Source: Squalus acanthias (taxonomy: Eukaryota). Taken from it: 64,000 nucleotides of DNA. The stretch is from NCBI GenBank assembly GCA_030390025.1, contig CM059432.1, positions 34,784,001 through 34,848,000 of the forward strand, written 5' to 3'. The notes below the pieces were generated by a model. It was given only the letters and a program-made list of their open reading frames with translations, was not told the origin of the DNA and made no database searches. Shown piece by piece: positions 13,236 through 26,300 of this stretch. The stretch's first letter is position 1. Each line of letters opens with the position of its first letter. The translations under genes and the position numbers were made by a program.

Positions 13236-14526
13236 AAGAGTTGGAAAGACAGAGGGCGGTGCTCTACCCGGCAAGTGGCAGGAGGCCCTCGCCGCAAGTC
13301 TTCCGTGCCATGTGGAGGGAGGTAGCCCAGCAGGTCTCGGGCAGCACTGTGGTCCCCAGGACCCACACACGGTGCAGGAAGAAATTTAACGACCTCACTC
13401 GGGTGGTCAGGGTGAGTCAATCCTTCAACAAACGCTTCATACCACCATCTGTATCACAATCTTCACACAGTGCACAAAGCACCACACCCCCAGCACTCAC
13501 CCACCAATAATCTCCACCTACCAAGATTCACACCCACATCTCAGACCTTGCACACAATGACAGCTATTCAACTATAGCAGGCACATCATCCAAACACTTT
13601 GCTCCACACTCACTCACACACTTTCCTTTCTCTTGCAGTCCAAGGTGGTACACAACAGGAGGGAGCAGGAGTGCACAGGCGGGGGACAAGCCGACACCCA
13701 ACTACTGTCTGAGCTGGAGACTATTAGGTACCAGCTGGTGGGCGCTGTGGCCACCGGCGAAGTTGAGCCCCTTGCGGCCAACAACAGTATGTTCATCCCT
13801 ACTCCTTCTTCTCACATCCCACTTCCCCCTCACCCCACAAGCCTTTCGCATGTTCTAACTAATCATGTTGTCTCCATGCATTTCTCCCTTCCTGCCCCCC
13901 TCCCCTCACCTTAACCCAACTCTTGTCCCTTTATACTTTCAGATGATCAGAAAGCACCTGAGGCGCATGCCCCTGAGGGCAATGTTGAGAGCGAGGTGGG
14001 AGAAGACGAGTAGGAAGAACACACCGCGTCACTGCATGTCTCACCCGCAGGCACCAGCTCAGATACTGGAACCACGCATTCTTTAAAGGCTAGTATAGTA
14101 GTGAGATCTGCACAGGGTGATGCACCAGGGATGAGCGGGCTGCAGCAAGGCCAGGGGGGAAGGGTAGCTCGGGGGCCAGCTCCCCGGAGGGTGAGTTTGT
14201 GCGCGAGTTCTACTGCACAGGATTCAGATGAGAACCTCGATGGGGAGGCCTTTAGAAGAAGGGTGATGGGCATGCACGCGGAGATGATAGGTGCAATGAC
14301 AAGGGTGTCCGAGAGCCTGTCAGCAATGATAAGGAGCGTGGAGGAGTCCACCTCCAACATTGCACAAGGCTCTGCGCACACCATGGAGCCCATCATTTCC
14401 AGTCTGCTAAGGATGGTGGACTCCCAGAGAGACCGTGGCGAGCCAGACCTGATGCTGCATGTGATGGGCGATCTGGCAGCTTCCACTGCAGCACAGGCGG
14501 ATATGACGCAATGTCTTAGTGCTGTA
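13233..14526 (+). pseudogene. Harbinger Myb/SANT-like gene: exon 1 (13233-13411), exon 2 (13639-13786), 5' part of exon 3 (13943-14526)
   Basis: WREVAQQVS..RTHTRCRKKFNDL trihelix motif; GT-AG introns keep frame (SKVVHNRREQECTGGG); in-frame TAG at 14011. Confidence 0.85.
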
Positions 14527-16935
14527 AAGGATGTCACTGAGAGGCTGCAGGACACTGAGGCGGGAGGGTGAACAGCCAGAGGTCGTTGTCCATATCGGTA
14601 CCAACGACATAGGCAGAAAGAGGGATGAGGTCCTGCAGGCAGAATTTAGGGAGCTAGGGGAGAGATTAAAAAGCAGGACCTCAAAGGTAGTAATCTCCGG
14701 ATTACTCCCGGTGCCACGTGCTAGTGAGTACAGGAATAGAAGGATAGAACAAATGAATGCGTAGCTGGAGAGATGGTGCACAAGGGAGGGCTTCAGATTC
14801 CTGATGCATTGGGACTGTTTCAGGGGAAGGTGGGACCTGTACAAGCCAGACGGGTTACACCTCAACAGAGCCGGGGCCAATATTCTTGCGGGGAGATTTG
14901 CTGGTGCTGGTCGGGAGGGTTTAAACTAGCTTGGCGGGGATGGGCACCAGCATATAGGAGTAGAAAAGAGGAATAAGGTGCATAAAAGAGTGAGTGTGTT
15001 GGATAGTACTAGAGAAGAAAGTAGTACTAGAGACGGAAGTAGTACCATATTAGATAGGAGCAGACTAAGAAAGACTACGAAAAATTCAAAAATGGGTTTA
15101 GAATGTAGGTACGTAAACGCACAAAGTGTGGTGAATAAGGTTGGTGAGCTACAAGCACAATTAGCCGTGTGGCAACATGATGTTGTGGCAATAATGGAAA
15201 CGTGGCTTAAAAACAGTGAGGACTGGGCACTTAATATTCAAGGGTACAAGGTATTCAGAAAAGATAGGAAGGAAGAAAGCGAGGTGGGGTGGCAGTGCTG
15301 ATTAAGGAAGACATTGTAGTGTTGGAAAGGGAGGATGTTCTTGAGGGGACAAGGACAGAATCCATTTGGTTAGAGTTGAGGAGCAAAAAGGGTATGATCA
15401 CACTATTAGGGGTATTCAATAGGCCTCCAAATAGTGAGAGGGAGGTGGAGGAGCAAATCTGCAGGGAAATCGCAGAGATATGCAAGAGCTATAGAGTGGT
15501 GATATTGGGGGACTGTAATTACCCAAATATCGATTGGGATAATGCTAGGGTAAAGGGAAAGGAGGGGGAGGAATTTCTGAAATGTGTTCAGGAGAAATTC
15601 CTTTACCAATGTGTTCTTGGCCCAACTAGGAAGGAGGCATTGCTGGATCTGGTGCTGGGGAATGAGGTGGGCCAGGTCGACCAAGTGTCTGTGGGAGAAC
15701 ACTTGGGTACGAGTGATCATCGTATCATAAGATTTAGATTAGCAATTGAGAGGAGCAAGGAACAATCTAGAGTGGAACTTCTAAACTGGAATAGGGCTAA
15801 CTTCAATGGGATGTGAAAGGATCTAGCCAGGGTAAAATGGAACCAAAGACTGACAGGAAAAACTGTAACGGAACAATGAGTGATCTTTAAGGAGGAGATG
15901 TTCCAAGTACAGGCTAGGTACATTCCAACAAGAGGGAAGGGTAAGGGAACCAAAGCAAGGGCTCCTTGGATGACGAGGGAGATAGAGAAGATGATGAAAC
16001 AAAAAAAGAGAGTGTATGATCCATGTCAGGTGAATTCTTCAAGGGAGAACCAGATCAAATACAATAAGTTGAGAGGGGAAGTGAAGATGAAAATAAGATT
16101 GGCAAAGAGAGAATATGAGAGTAGAATGGCGGTTAACATAAAAGGGAACCCAAAAATCTTCTACCGGCATGTAAACAGTAAGCGGGTAATAAGAGGCGGG
16201 TGGGGCCTATTAGCGCCAAAGAAGGTGTTATATGCTTAGAGGCGTAGGGCAAGGCTAGAATACTCAATGAGTACTTTGTATCGGTGTTTACTAAGGAGGT
16301 GGATGCTGACATAATATCGGTAGCAGTGGAAAAGGTAGAAGCAATGGAAGGGGTGAAAATTGATAGACAGGATGTACTAGAAAGGTTGGGTATGCTTAGA
16401 GTGGATAAGTCGCCCAGTCCAGATGGTTTGCATCCTAGATTGCTAAGGGAATTGAGGGAGGAGATAGCGGAAGGGCTTGCCATAATTTTCCAATCTTCCC
16501 TAGATGCGGGGGAGGTGTCTGAGGATTGGAAAGTGGCAAATGTGACACCATTGTCCAAGAAAGGGTGTAAGGACAATCCTAGTAACTACAGTTTAACATC
16601 TGTGGTGGGTAAAGTTTTAGAAACAATAATCAAGGAAATATTAACGTGCACTTGGAGAGGTTTAAGCTAATTAAGGAGAGCCAACACGGATATGTAAAAG
16701 GCAGATCATGTTTGACTAATCTAATTGAATTTTTTGATGAAGTAACAGGGAGGATCGATGAAGGCAATGCAATGGATGTTGTCTACATGGATTTTAGGAA
16801 GGCGTTTCACAAAGTACCACATAGAAGGCTGGTTAACAAAATTGAGGCTCATGGAATAGGTGGGTCTGTGGCAGCTTGGATAAGGAATTGGCTTAAGGAC
16901 AGAAAACAGCGAGTTGTGGTAAATAGCTGTTTTTC

Positions 16936-19900
16936 ATAAGAACATAAGAACATAAGAAATAGGAGCAGGAGTAGTCCATTCGGCCCTTCGAGCCTGCTCC
17001 GCCATTCAATGAGATCATGGCTGATCTTCTGCCTCAATTCCATTCACCGGCCTTATCACCATATCCCTTGATGCCCTTACTAGTCAGAAATCTGTTGACT
17101 TCTGTTTTGAATATACCCAATGACTGAGCCTCCACAACCCTCTGGGGCAGAGAATTCCAAAGATTCACCACCCTCTGTGAGAAGAAATGTCTTCTCATCT
17201 CAGTCCTGAATGGCCTACCCTTTATCCTGAGGCTGTGGCCCCTGGTTCTAGACTCCCCAGCCAAGGGAAACATTCTCCCAGCATCCACCCTATCAAGCCC
17301 TGTAATAATTTTGTATGCTTCAATGAGATACCCTCTCATTCTTCTGAATTCAAGAAATTACAGGCCTAGTTTACTCAATCTCTTCTCATGCAACAGTCCT
17401 GCCATCCCAGGAATCAATCTCGTGAACCTTCGTTGCACTCCCTCTATGGCAAGTATATCCTTCCTTAGGTAAGGAGACCAAAATTGTACACAGTACTCCA
17501 GGTGTGGTCTCACCAAAGCCCTATATAATTGGAGTAAGACTTCTTTACTCCTGTACTCAAATCCTCTTGTAATGAAGGCCAGCTTACCATTTGCCTTCCT
17601 AATGGCTTGCTGCACCTGCACATTCACTTTCAGTGACTCATGTACAAGGACACCCAGGTCCCTTTGAGCATCTGCATTCCCCAATCTTTCACCATTTATC
17701 AAATACTCTGCCTTTCTGTTTTTTCTACCAAAGTGGATAACTTCACATTTATCCACATTATATTCCATCTGCCATGTTCTCGCCCACTCACTGAGCCTGT
17801 CGAGATCCCCTTGAAGCCTCTTCACATCCTCTTCGCAACTGACACTGCCACCTAGCTATGTGTCCTCAGCAAATTTGGAAATGTTACATTTAGTCCCCTC
17901 ATCCAAATCATTGATATAGATTGTGAATAGCTGGGGCCCAAGCACCGATCCTTGCGGTACCCCACTAGTCACAGCCTACCATCCTGAAAAAGACCCGTTT
18001 ATCCCTACTCTTTGTTTTCTGTCTGTTAACCAATTCTCAATCCATGCTAGTATATTACCCCCAATTCCATATGCCCTAATTTTGTTCACCAACCTCTTGT
18101 GTGGGACCTTATTGAAGGCCTTCTGAAAATCCAAATACACTACATCTACTGGTTCCCCTTTGTCTACTCCACTAGTTACATCCTCAAAGAAATCCAATAG
18201 GTTTGTCAAACAGGACTTCCCTTTCATAAATCCATGTTGACTCTGCCCAATCTTACTATTAGTTTCTAAGTGCCCAGTTATTTCATCCTTTATAATAGAT
18301 TCCAGCATTTTCCCAACTATTGATGTGAGGCTAACAGGTCTGTAGTTCCCTGTTTTCTCTCTCCCTCCTTTCTTAAATAGCGGGGTTACATTTGCTATCC
18401 TCCAATCTGCAGGAACCATTCCAGAATCTATAGAATTTTGGAAGATGACAACCAATGCGTCCACTATCCCAATGGCCACCTCTTTCAAAACCCTAGGATG
18501 TAGGTCATCCAGTCCTTTGGATTTATCGACTTTTAGTCCCATTCATTTTGCTAGTACTGTTTTTTTACTAATAATAATTTCTTTAAGTTCCTCATTCTCA
18601 CCACACCCTTGGTTTTCTCGTATTTCTGGGAGGTTTTTTTGTGTCTTCCTCCGTGAAGACAGAAACAAAGTATTTATTTAATTTCCCTGCCATTTCCTCA
18701 TTCCCCATTATAATTCTCCCGTCTCTGACTGTAAAGAACCTACATTTACCTTTGCCAGTCTTTTCCTTTCCTTTATAGAAGCTTTTACAATCCTTTTTTA
18801 TATTTTTCGCTAGTTTATGCTCATATTCCATTTTCCCTTTCTTTATCAATTTCTTGGTCCCCCTTTGCTGATTTCTAAAAAGATCCCAATCCTCAGGCTG
18901 ACCGCTTTTTCTGGCAACTTTATAAGCTTCCTCCTTTGACTTAATACTAGCTTTAATTTCTTTTGTTAGCCATGGTTGGATCACTTTTCCTTTTGGGTTT
19001 TTATGCCCTAGAGGAATATATGTTTGTTGCAAATTATGCATTATTTCCTTGAATGTTAGCCATTGTATGTCCACCTTCATACCTTTTAGTGTAGTCTCCC
19101 AATCTACCATGGCCAACTTGTCCGTCATACCCTTGTAGTTTCCTCTGTTTAGATTGAAGAACTTAGTTTCAGATTGGACTACATCACTCTCAAACTTAAT
19201 ATAAAATTCAATCATATTATGGTCACTTGTCCCTAAAGGCCCCTTTACCACAAGATTATTGATTCGCCCTTTCTCATTACACGGTACCAGATCCAGAATA
19301 GCCTGTTGGTTTGTTCATCCCTGTCTGGCATAAAAATAAAACAAAAAAGGTGACTCAACCATGGCTGACAAGGGAAATCAGGGATAGCATAAGATCCAAT
19401 GAGAGGACATATAAATTGGCCAGAAAAAGTAGTAAACCTGAGGATTGGGAGCAGTTTAGGATTCAGCAAAGGAGGACAAAGGGATTAATTAAGAGGGGGA
19501 AAATAGAGTAAGCTTGCAGGGAACATAAAAACTGACTGTAAAAGTTTTTATAAATATGTGAAGAGAAAAAGATTGGTGAAGTCAAGCGTAGGTCCCTTGC
19601 AGTCAGAATCAGGGGAATTTATAATGGGGAACAAAGAAATGGAAGACCAATTAAATACATACTTTGGCTCTGTCTTCACAAAGGAGAACACAAATAACCT
19701 CCCAGAGATGTCGGGGAACATAGGGTCTAATGAGAGGGAGGAACTGAATGAAATCAGTATTTGTAGGGAAATGGTGTTAGGGAAATTGACGGCATTAAAG
19801 GCCGATAAATCCCCAGGGCCTGATAATCTACATCCTAGGGTACTTAAGGAAGTGGCCCTAGAAATAGTAGATGCATTGCTGGTCATCTTCCAAAATTCTA

Positions 19901-21912
19901 TAGACTCTGGAACAGTTCCCATGGATTGGAGGGTAGCTAATGTTACCCCACTGTTCAAAAAGGTGGTAAAGAAAAAACGGGGAATTATAGCCTGACATCG
20001 GTTGTGGGGAAAATGCTAGAGTCCATTATAAAAGATGTAATAGCAGAGCACTTGGAAAACAGTGACAGGATTGGACAAAGTCAACATGGATTTACAAAAG
20101 GTAAATCGTGCTTGACTAATCTACTGGAATTTTTTGAGGATGTAACTGATAGAATAGATAAGGGAGAACCAGTGGATGTGGTGTATTTGGACTTTCAGAA
20201 GGCTTTCGATAAGGTCCCGCATAAGAGATTAGCGTGTAAAGTTAAGGCACATGGGATTGGGGGAAAGGTACTGACTTGGATAGAGAACTAGTTGGCAGAC
20301 AGGAAGCAAAGAGTTGGAATAAACAGGTCTTTTTCCGAGTGGCAGGCAGTGACTAGTGGGGTTCCGCAGGGATCGGTCCTAGGACCCCAGCTATTCACTA
20401 TATATATTAATGATCTAGACGAGGGAACTAGATGTAATATCTCCAAGTTTGCAGATGACACAAAGCTGGGTGGGCGTGTGTGCTGCGAGGAGGATACCGA
20501 GAAACTCCAGTATGATTTGGACAGGTTGGGTGATTGGGCAGAAGCATGGCAGATGCAGTATAATGTGGATAAATGCGAGGTTATCCACTTTGGTGGCAAA
20601 AACAGAAAGGCAGATTATTATCTGAACAGCAATAGATTGGGAGAAGGGGAAGTGCAACGAGACCTGGGTGTCCTTGTGCACCAGTCGCTGAAGGTAAGCA
20701 TGCAGGTACAGCAGGCGATTAAGAAGGCAAATGGTATGTTGGTCTTCGTAGCGAGAGGGTTTGAGTACAGGAACAAGGATTATCTTGCTGCAGCTGTACA
20801 GGGCCTTGGTGAGACCACACCTTGAGTATTGTGTGCAGTTTTGGTCGCCTTATCTGAGGAAGGATGTTCTTGCCATGGAGGGTGTGCAGCGAAGATTCAC
20901 CAGACTGATACCTGGGATGGCAGGAATGACGTACGAGGAGAGATTGGGTCGATTGGGCTTATACTCGCTGGAGTTTAGAAGAATGAGAGGAGATCTCATT
21001 GAAACTTATAAAATTCTAACAGGGCTAGACAGACTGGATGCAGGAAGGATGTTCCCGATGGCGGGTGAGTCCAGAACAAGAGGTCACAGTCTAAAGATAA
21101 GGGGTAAGCCATTTAGGACAGAGATGAGGAGCAATTTCTTCACCCAGAGAGTGGTGAACCTGTGGAATTCTCTACCACAGAAGGCAGTTGAGGCCAAGTC
21201 AGTAAATATATTCAAGAAAGAGTTAGATATATTTCTTAAGGGTAAAGGTATCAAGGGATATGGGAGAAGGCAGGGACAGGGTACTGAGTTTGGATGATCA
21301 GTCATGATCTCATCGAATGGTGGAGCAGGCTCGAGGGGCCGAATGGCCTACTCCTGCTCCTATCTTCTATGTTTCTATGTTTCCCTGGTTGGTTCCTCCA
21401 CATACTGATCCAGGAAACCATCTCGCATTCCAAGAATTCGTCCTCCACACTATTAGTGGTCATTTGATTTGCCCAGTCAATATGTAGATTAAAGTCTCCC
21501 ATGATTACCGTATTGCCCTTGTTACATGCACTTCTAATCTCTTGATTGACACTGTGCCCTACATTACCACTATTGTTTGGTGGCCTATACACAACTCCCA
21601 AAAATGTTTTCCGCCCTTTGCTGTTTCTTAGCTCCACCCAAACTGATTCCAGTTCTACATCATGATCTGCCAGGCCAAGATCTTTTATCTCTACCGTACC
21701 GATCTCATCCTTATTAACAGCGCTACGCCACCTCCTTTTCCTTTTTGTCTGTCCTTCCAAAATGTTGAGAACCCTAAAACATTCAGTTCCCAGATTTGGT
21801 TACCCTGCAACCATGTCTCTGTATTGGCAATTACATCATACCTATTTACTTCTATTAGTGCCATTAATTCATCCACCTTGTTGCGAATGCTACGTGCATT
21901 TAGATAAAGTGC
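16936..21912 (-). mobile_element. Middle CR1 (16936-19307 and 21383-21912)
   Basis: (TTCTTATG)n tail at 16936; VEEPTRE|QAILDLV is split by the inner element; the 5' end is at [12 protein letters not shown]. Confidence 0.9.
19308..21382 (+). mobile_element. Inner CR1, 5'-truncated
   Basis: RT motifs [11 protein letters not shown] and KFADDTK; (CTATGTTT)2 tail ending at 21382. Confidence 0.92.
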
Positions 21913-22819
21913 CTGGAGGATGGTAGACAGTGGTGTTCCCCAAGGGTCAGTGCTGGGGCCACTGCTTTTTTTGATATATATAAATGACCTGGATATTTGA
22001 ATACAAAGTAGAATTTCTAAATTTGCCGATGACACCAAACTTGGAGGTGTGGCAAACAGTGAGGATGATACCAATTGACTGCAACAGGACATAGAAAGGC
22101 TAGCAGAATGGGAAGACAAGTGGCAGATGGAATTTAATACAGAGAAGTGTGAGGTGATGCATTTTGGCAGAAGGAACAGGGAGAGGCAATATACACTTAA
22201 TGGCACAGTTTTAAAGAGTGTGCAGGGACAGAGGGAGTTAATGTGCATAGATCCCTGAAGGTGGCAGGAGATATTGAGCTGGTTATTGCGTCCAGTTCTG
22301 GTCACCACGCTTTAGGAAGGATGTGAAGGCCCTTGAGAGGGTGCAGAGGAGATTTACCAGAATGGTTGTGGGGATGGGGGATCTTCGCTACAAGGACAGG
22401 TTGGAGAAGCTGGATTCGTTTTCATTAGAGCAACGGAGGTTGAGGGGTGATTTGATAGAGGTATATAAGATTATGACGGGCTTGGATAGGCTAGACAGGG
22501 AAAGGTTGTTCCCACTAGTTGATGGTACAAGGACTAGGGGACACCGATTTAAGGTTTTGGGCAAGAGATACAGGGGGGATGTGAGAAAAAACTTTTATAC
22601 GCAGCAAGTTGTGAGGACCTGGAATTCGCTGCCGACGGAAGTGGTGGAAGCGGAGACACTCAATGTTTTCAAGGGGAAACTGGATAGGCACTTGAGGGAA
22701 ATAAACTTGCAGGGCTATGGGGATAGAGCAGGGGAATGGGACTGACTCAATTGCTCTGCAGAGAGCTGGCATGGACTCGATGGGCCGAATGGTCTCCTTC
22801 TGTGCCGTTATGACTCTCT

Positions 22820-23707
22820 GGGGGGAAAATTCAGTTGGTTGCGCCTCCCGTTAGCGCCTTAAGAGGGCGCTAATGGGGCGCAAAGCAACTAGCGCCCGGG
22901 TGTGGCGATGTTTGCGCCGCTCGCGAAATTAACTAGACATTTTGCGGCGGCGCTAAACACTACCGCCACGATCTCCTGCGCCAGCAGATCGTGACGTCAG
23001 TCGAGTGCGCAACACCCCAGTAGCGCCCCGGAGCGGATATTGAGTGGTGCTCCCTGCCTTACCGCCTGACGCTAGCAACGACAGGTTGAGGGGAGCGTTT
23101 TGCAGTCAGGAAGGGACTGGGGGAGCGCTATTTAAAGGTGAACGCTTCCTGCCTTTTTTTGTTGGTGACATTTTTGAACCACGCATTCTGAGAGAGAGAG
23201 AGACTTCTGGAGAGATTCAACGCTGTGTGAAGGAGTTTTGGGTACTGAGCAGCACTTTGCAGGTTCATTTTGATTTGCCCTTCCTTGCATCTATTTAGAA
23301 GAGACTGTGGGGGCTGCACTCTGAGCTCTTTCCCTGGGCCTCTCCATTGTTCTTTCCAGCAGATTTGATGTACAGGTCTCTCCAGGCCGAGATTCAAGGC
23401 TGCAATGAGCAGGATGTGGATGGAGAGCAAGGTCAACCCTCCCCTTTAAGAACTGGCTGGCGCCATTGTGTCTCTGTTTCATTGCTGACTGACATCACAT
23501 GAGCTTCACCAGCGCTCTGAGGTAGCGCCTCGCTCCTCAGCCTTTGCGCCTTAAGACAGGTGTGAAGCGCCTGATTTAGCGCTCCAATCACCTCCAGGGG
23601 CGATAAAAGCCAAGTTTGCAGTCAGAGGCGATAATTAGCGCCAGGCGCTAATCTTTGCGCCTGGCCGATAATTGCACCCAAATGGGGCGATATTGAATTT
23701 TTCCCCC
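22820..23707. mobile_element. Non-autonomous Harbinger element (MITE B)
   Basis: GGGGGGAAAATTCA..TGAATTTTTCCCCC; left end matches the 26838 terminus; flanks TCT/TAT. Confidence 0.85.
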
Positions 23708-23718
23708 TATGACTCTAT

Positions 23719-24511
23719 GGGGGAAAAATTCAGTTGGTTTGCGCCTCCCGTTAGCACCTTAAGTGGGCGCTAATGGGGCGCAAAGCAACTAGCGCCCGGG
23801 TGCGGCACCGCCCACGCCTCCTGCGAAATTCAGTGGGAGGTTAGCGGCGGCACTAACCGGTAGCGCCCTGTGGCGCTGTGCCGCTGGCGATGACTTCATC
23901 GCCTTGCGCAGCGCCCCGCTCGCGCTCCGGCCGTGATCTTCGGTAGCGCCCCTTGACTTACCACCGGATGCTATGTCCGACGGGTTCAGGGGGGCCTACC
24001 TGCGGCCGGGGCAGTGCTAGTTAAAGGGGAGGTGGCGAGCGGCCATTTTTGTTGCTGGCTGCCTGCCAGCTCCTGCCCCCGTTGCTGTCCCCGGCCCCCG
24101 TGATAGCCCCCCCCCCCCCCCCCCCCCCCCCCCGCGAAGTGCCGGCTGCGCTCCAAGAGCCCGGCACTTCTCTTGAGTGCCGGGCTCTTTTGCCGGCACT
24201 GCCGATCTCCGGGGGCCCAGCTGGGCCCCGGTCCGCGCTGCGCAAGGCCCCTCCCCTTTAAGAAGGGGAGGAAGGCCTGCAATACCGCGGTGCGACGTGC
24301 CACAGCGACTGGCGCTGCAGCACGTAGCGCCACGATATTGACTCGCAGCGCCCCAAGAGGGATGTGGGGCGCCTCCAGTAGCGCCCCGCTTCCCTCTTGG
24401 GGCGCAACCACTTAATTTCCGGTGCAGGGGCGCTAATTTTTATGGGGCACTAAAAGTAGCGCCCCGGCGAAATTAGCGCCCCAAAGAGGGCGCGACGTCA
24501 ATTTTTCCCCC
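23719..24511. mobile_element. Non-autonomous Harbinger element (MITE C)
   Basis: GGGGGAAAAATT..AATTTTTCCCCC with TAT on both flanks. Confidence 0.88.
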
Positions 24512-24521
24512 TATGACTCTA

Positions 24522-25058
24522 ATGCAGTCTATGCTTGGTGGCATCCAATCTCAGACTGCTCTCATGCAGTCTCAGCTTGATGCCACGCAAGCTCTGACTG
24601 CTGCCATCATGGCTGGGTCTACCACCGTCCACCGGGGCTTTCACGGTGTCGCAGCAGGCCAGCAATCTGTACTCCAACAAATTGCTAGGGATGCTGAGGT
24701 GCTGCCATGGGGGAGTGACAGTGGGTCAGTGGAGCAGGAACCTGCTGTCCTCTCTCAGGATGACAGCATTCCTGCTCCTACCACTGCCACTCCGCCATTG
24801 CCCTTGTTGCTGCCGGTCATCCAGCCAGCCCAGACTGCTGCTGCTCATGCTGAGATGGTGCAGTCTACAGCTGGGCCTTCCAGGCCCACAGGTGGTCAAG
24901 GGCGTCATGCAAGGCCATCTGAAGTCTCCCACACGGACACTCAGCAGCCTTCCACCAGCCGTGCTGCAGCCACTGGGCCAACACTTCATAGGAGCACTAG
25001 AGTAGGCAAAGGCACAGTAACGACAGGCACTAAGGGATTGCACAAGATGAATAGTTAA
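24522..25058 (+). pseudogene. Harbinger Myb/SANT-like gene, 3' part of exon 3
   Basis: MQSMLGGIQ..HRSTRVGKG continues the frame from 14526; the C-terminus matches 38048-38215(-). Confidence 0.8.
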
Positions 25059-25239
25059 TATTTTGGTGTAAATATGTGTTCACTGATTATTGATAAATTT
25101 ATTAATTCAGTTTGGATTATTTTGTGGTCTCTCTCATTTCAGCTTAGCGCTGTGAAATGGCCTGCGACAGGGAAGGAATGATGTGGGGTTTAATTTATTC
25201 GAACTGCAATCTGATGAGCCGGTCACGGACCGACCTTCC

Positions 25240-26300
25240 GGAAGGCCGATTGATTGGCTGCCTCCACCCTCGCTCCTGTTCCTCCTTCTCCTCATCTCAC
25301 TCTTCCTCCTCCTGAAGTGGTCCCGCAATCCCTGGTGGCAAGGGCTGGGCCCTCATGATGGCCCAGTTGTGGAGCGTACAGCAGATCACCATGAAATGGG
25401 ACGCACACTCCGCCGAGTACTGGAGGGCTCCTCCCGAGCGGTCACGGCAGCAGAATCGTTGCTTCAGCACCCCGATGGTCTGCTCAATGATGTTCTTGGT
25501 GGCAGCATGGCTCTCATTATATGAGTGCTGGGCAGGAGTGTTGGGGTTGCGGAGGGGAGTCATGAGCCAGGTGGAGAGCGGATAGCCCTTGTCTCCAAGC
25601 AGCCAGTCACGAGCTTGACGTGGTGGCTGGAAGAGTGCTAGCACACCGGTCTGGTGCAGGATAAAGGCATTGTGGCTGCTGCCAGGATAGCGGGCATTGA
25701 CGGTGAGGATTCGCTGTGTGTGGTCGCTCACAAACTGCACATTAAGTGAATGGTAGCCTTTGCAGTTACGGAAGATCTCAGGATTGTTATGCGGTGCCCG
25801 CAAAGCCACGTGGATGCAGTCAATGGCGCCCTGCACCATGGGGAAGCCCGCTATCCTGGCAGAGCCACATGCATGTTCATCCTGCTTCTCTCTGGTGATG
25901 AGGAAGGAAATGTAGTCCCTTCTCCTACTGTAACCTCCCGGATGCAGCGATGGACGGTGAACTGCGAGATGTTAGCTATATCTCCCGTTGCAGACTGGAA
26001 GGATCCACTGGCGAAGAAATTGAGGGCGACGATGACCTTGACTGCCACTGAGAGAGCCATGGTCGCCCTGATCTGAGGCTCAAGGTCTGGTTGCAGGAGG
26101 TGGCAGAGTTCTGTGACCACCTCCTTGCTGGAGCGGAGCCTTCTAATACACTGGCTTAATTGGAGGAAGGAGAAATGTTCTCGGAATACCCTCAGAGGGT
26201 AAGGCCTCCTGTTGAGAGCCCTGATGGTCCTCCTCCTTCCTCTGGCCACATGCTCCAATCTTTCTCGCTGCCTCCTCTCCCTCCACAGTAGATCCTGGAG
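25240..26300 (-). pseudogene. Harbinger (HARBI1-like) DDE transposase, frameshifted
   Basis: [48 protein letters not shown]. Confidence 0.92.

Larger units (their letters stand above)
14525..24522 (+). mobile_element. Outer CR1 of the nested stack (14525-16936 and 21911-22818; tail remnants to 24522)
   Basis: ORF1 esterase VVVHIGTNDIG, endonuclease and RT motifs; the RT breaks at VVVNSCFS (16936) and resumes [13 protein letters not shown] (21911); (TATGACTC)n tail. Confidence 0.9.

Noticed and set aside
21691..22308. 205-aa ORF (likewise 50638-51333 and 62348-62782) as novel fusion proteins
   Set aside because: Chance read-through across junctions of nested CR1 insertions.
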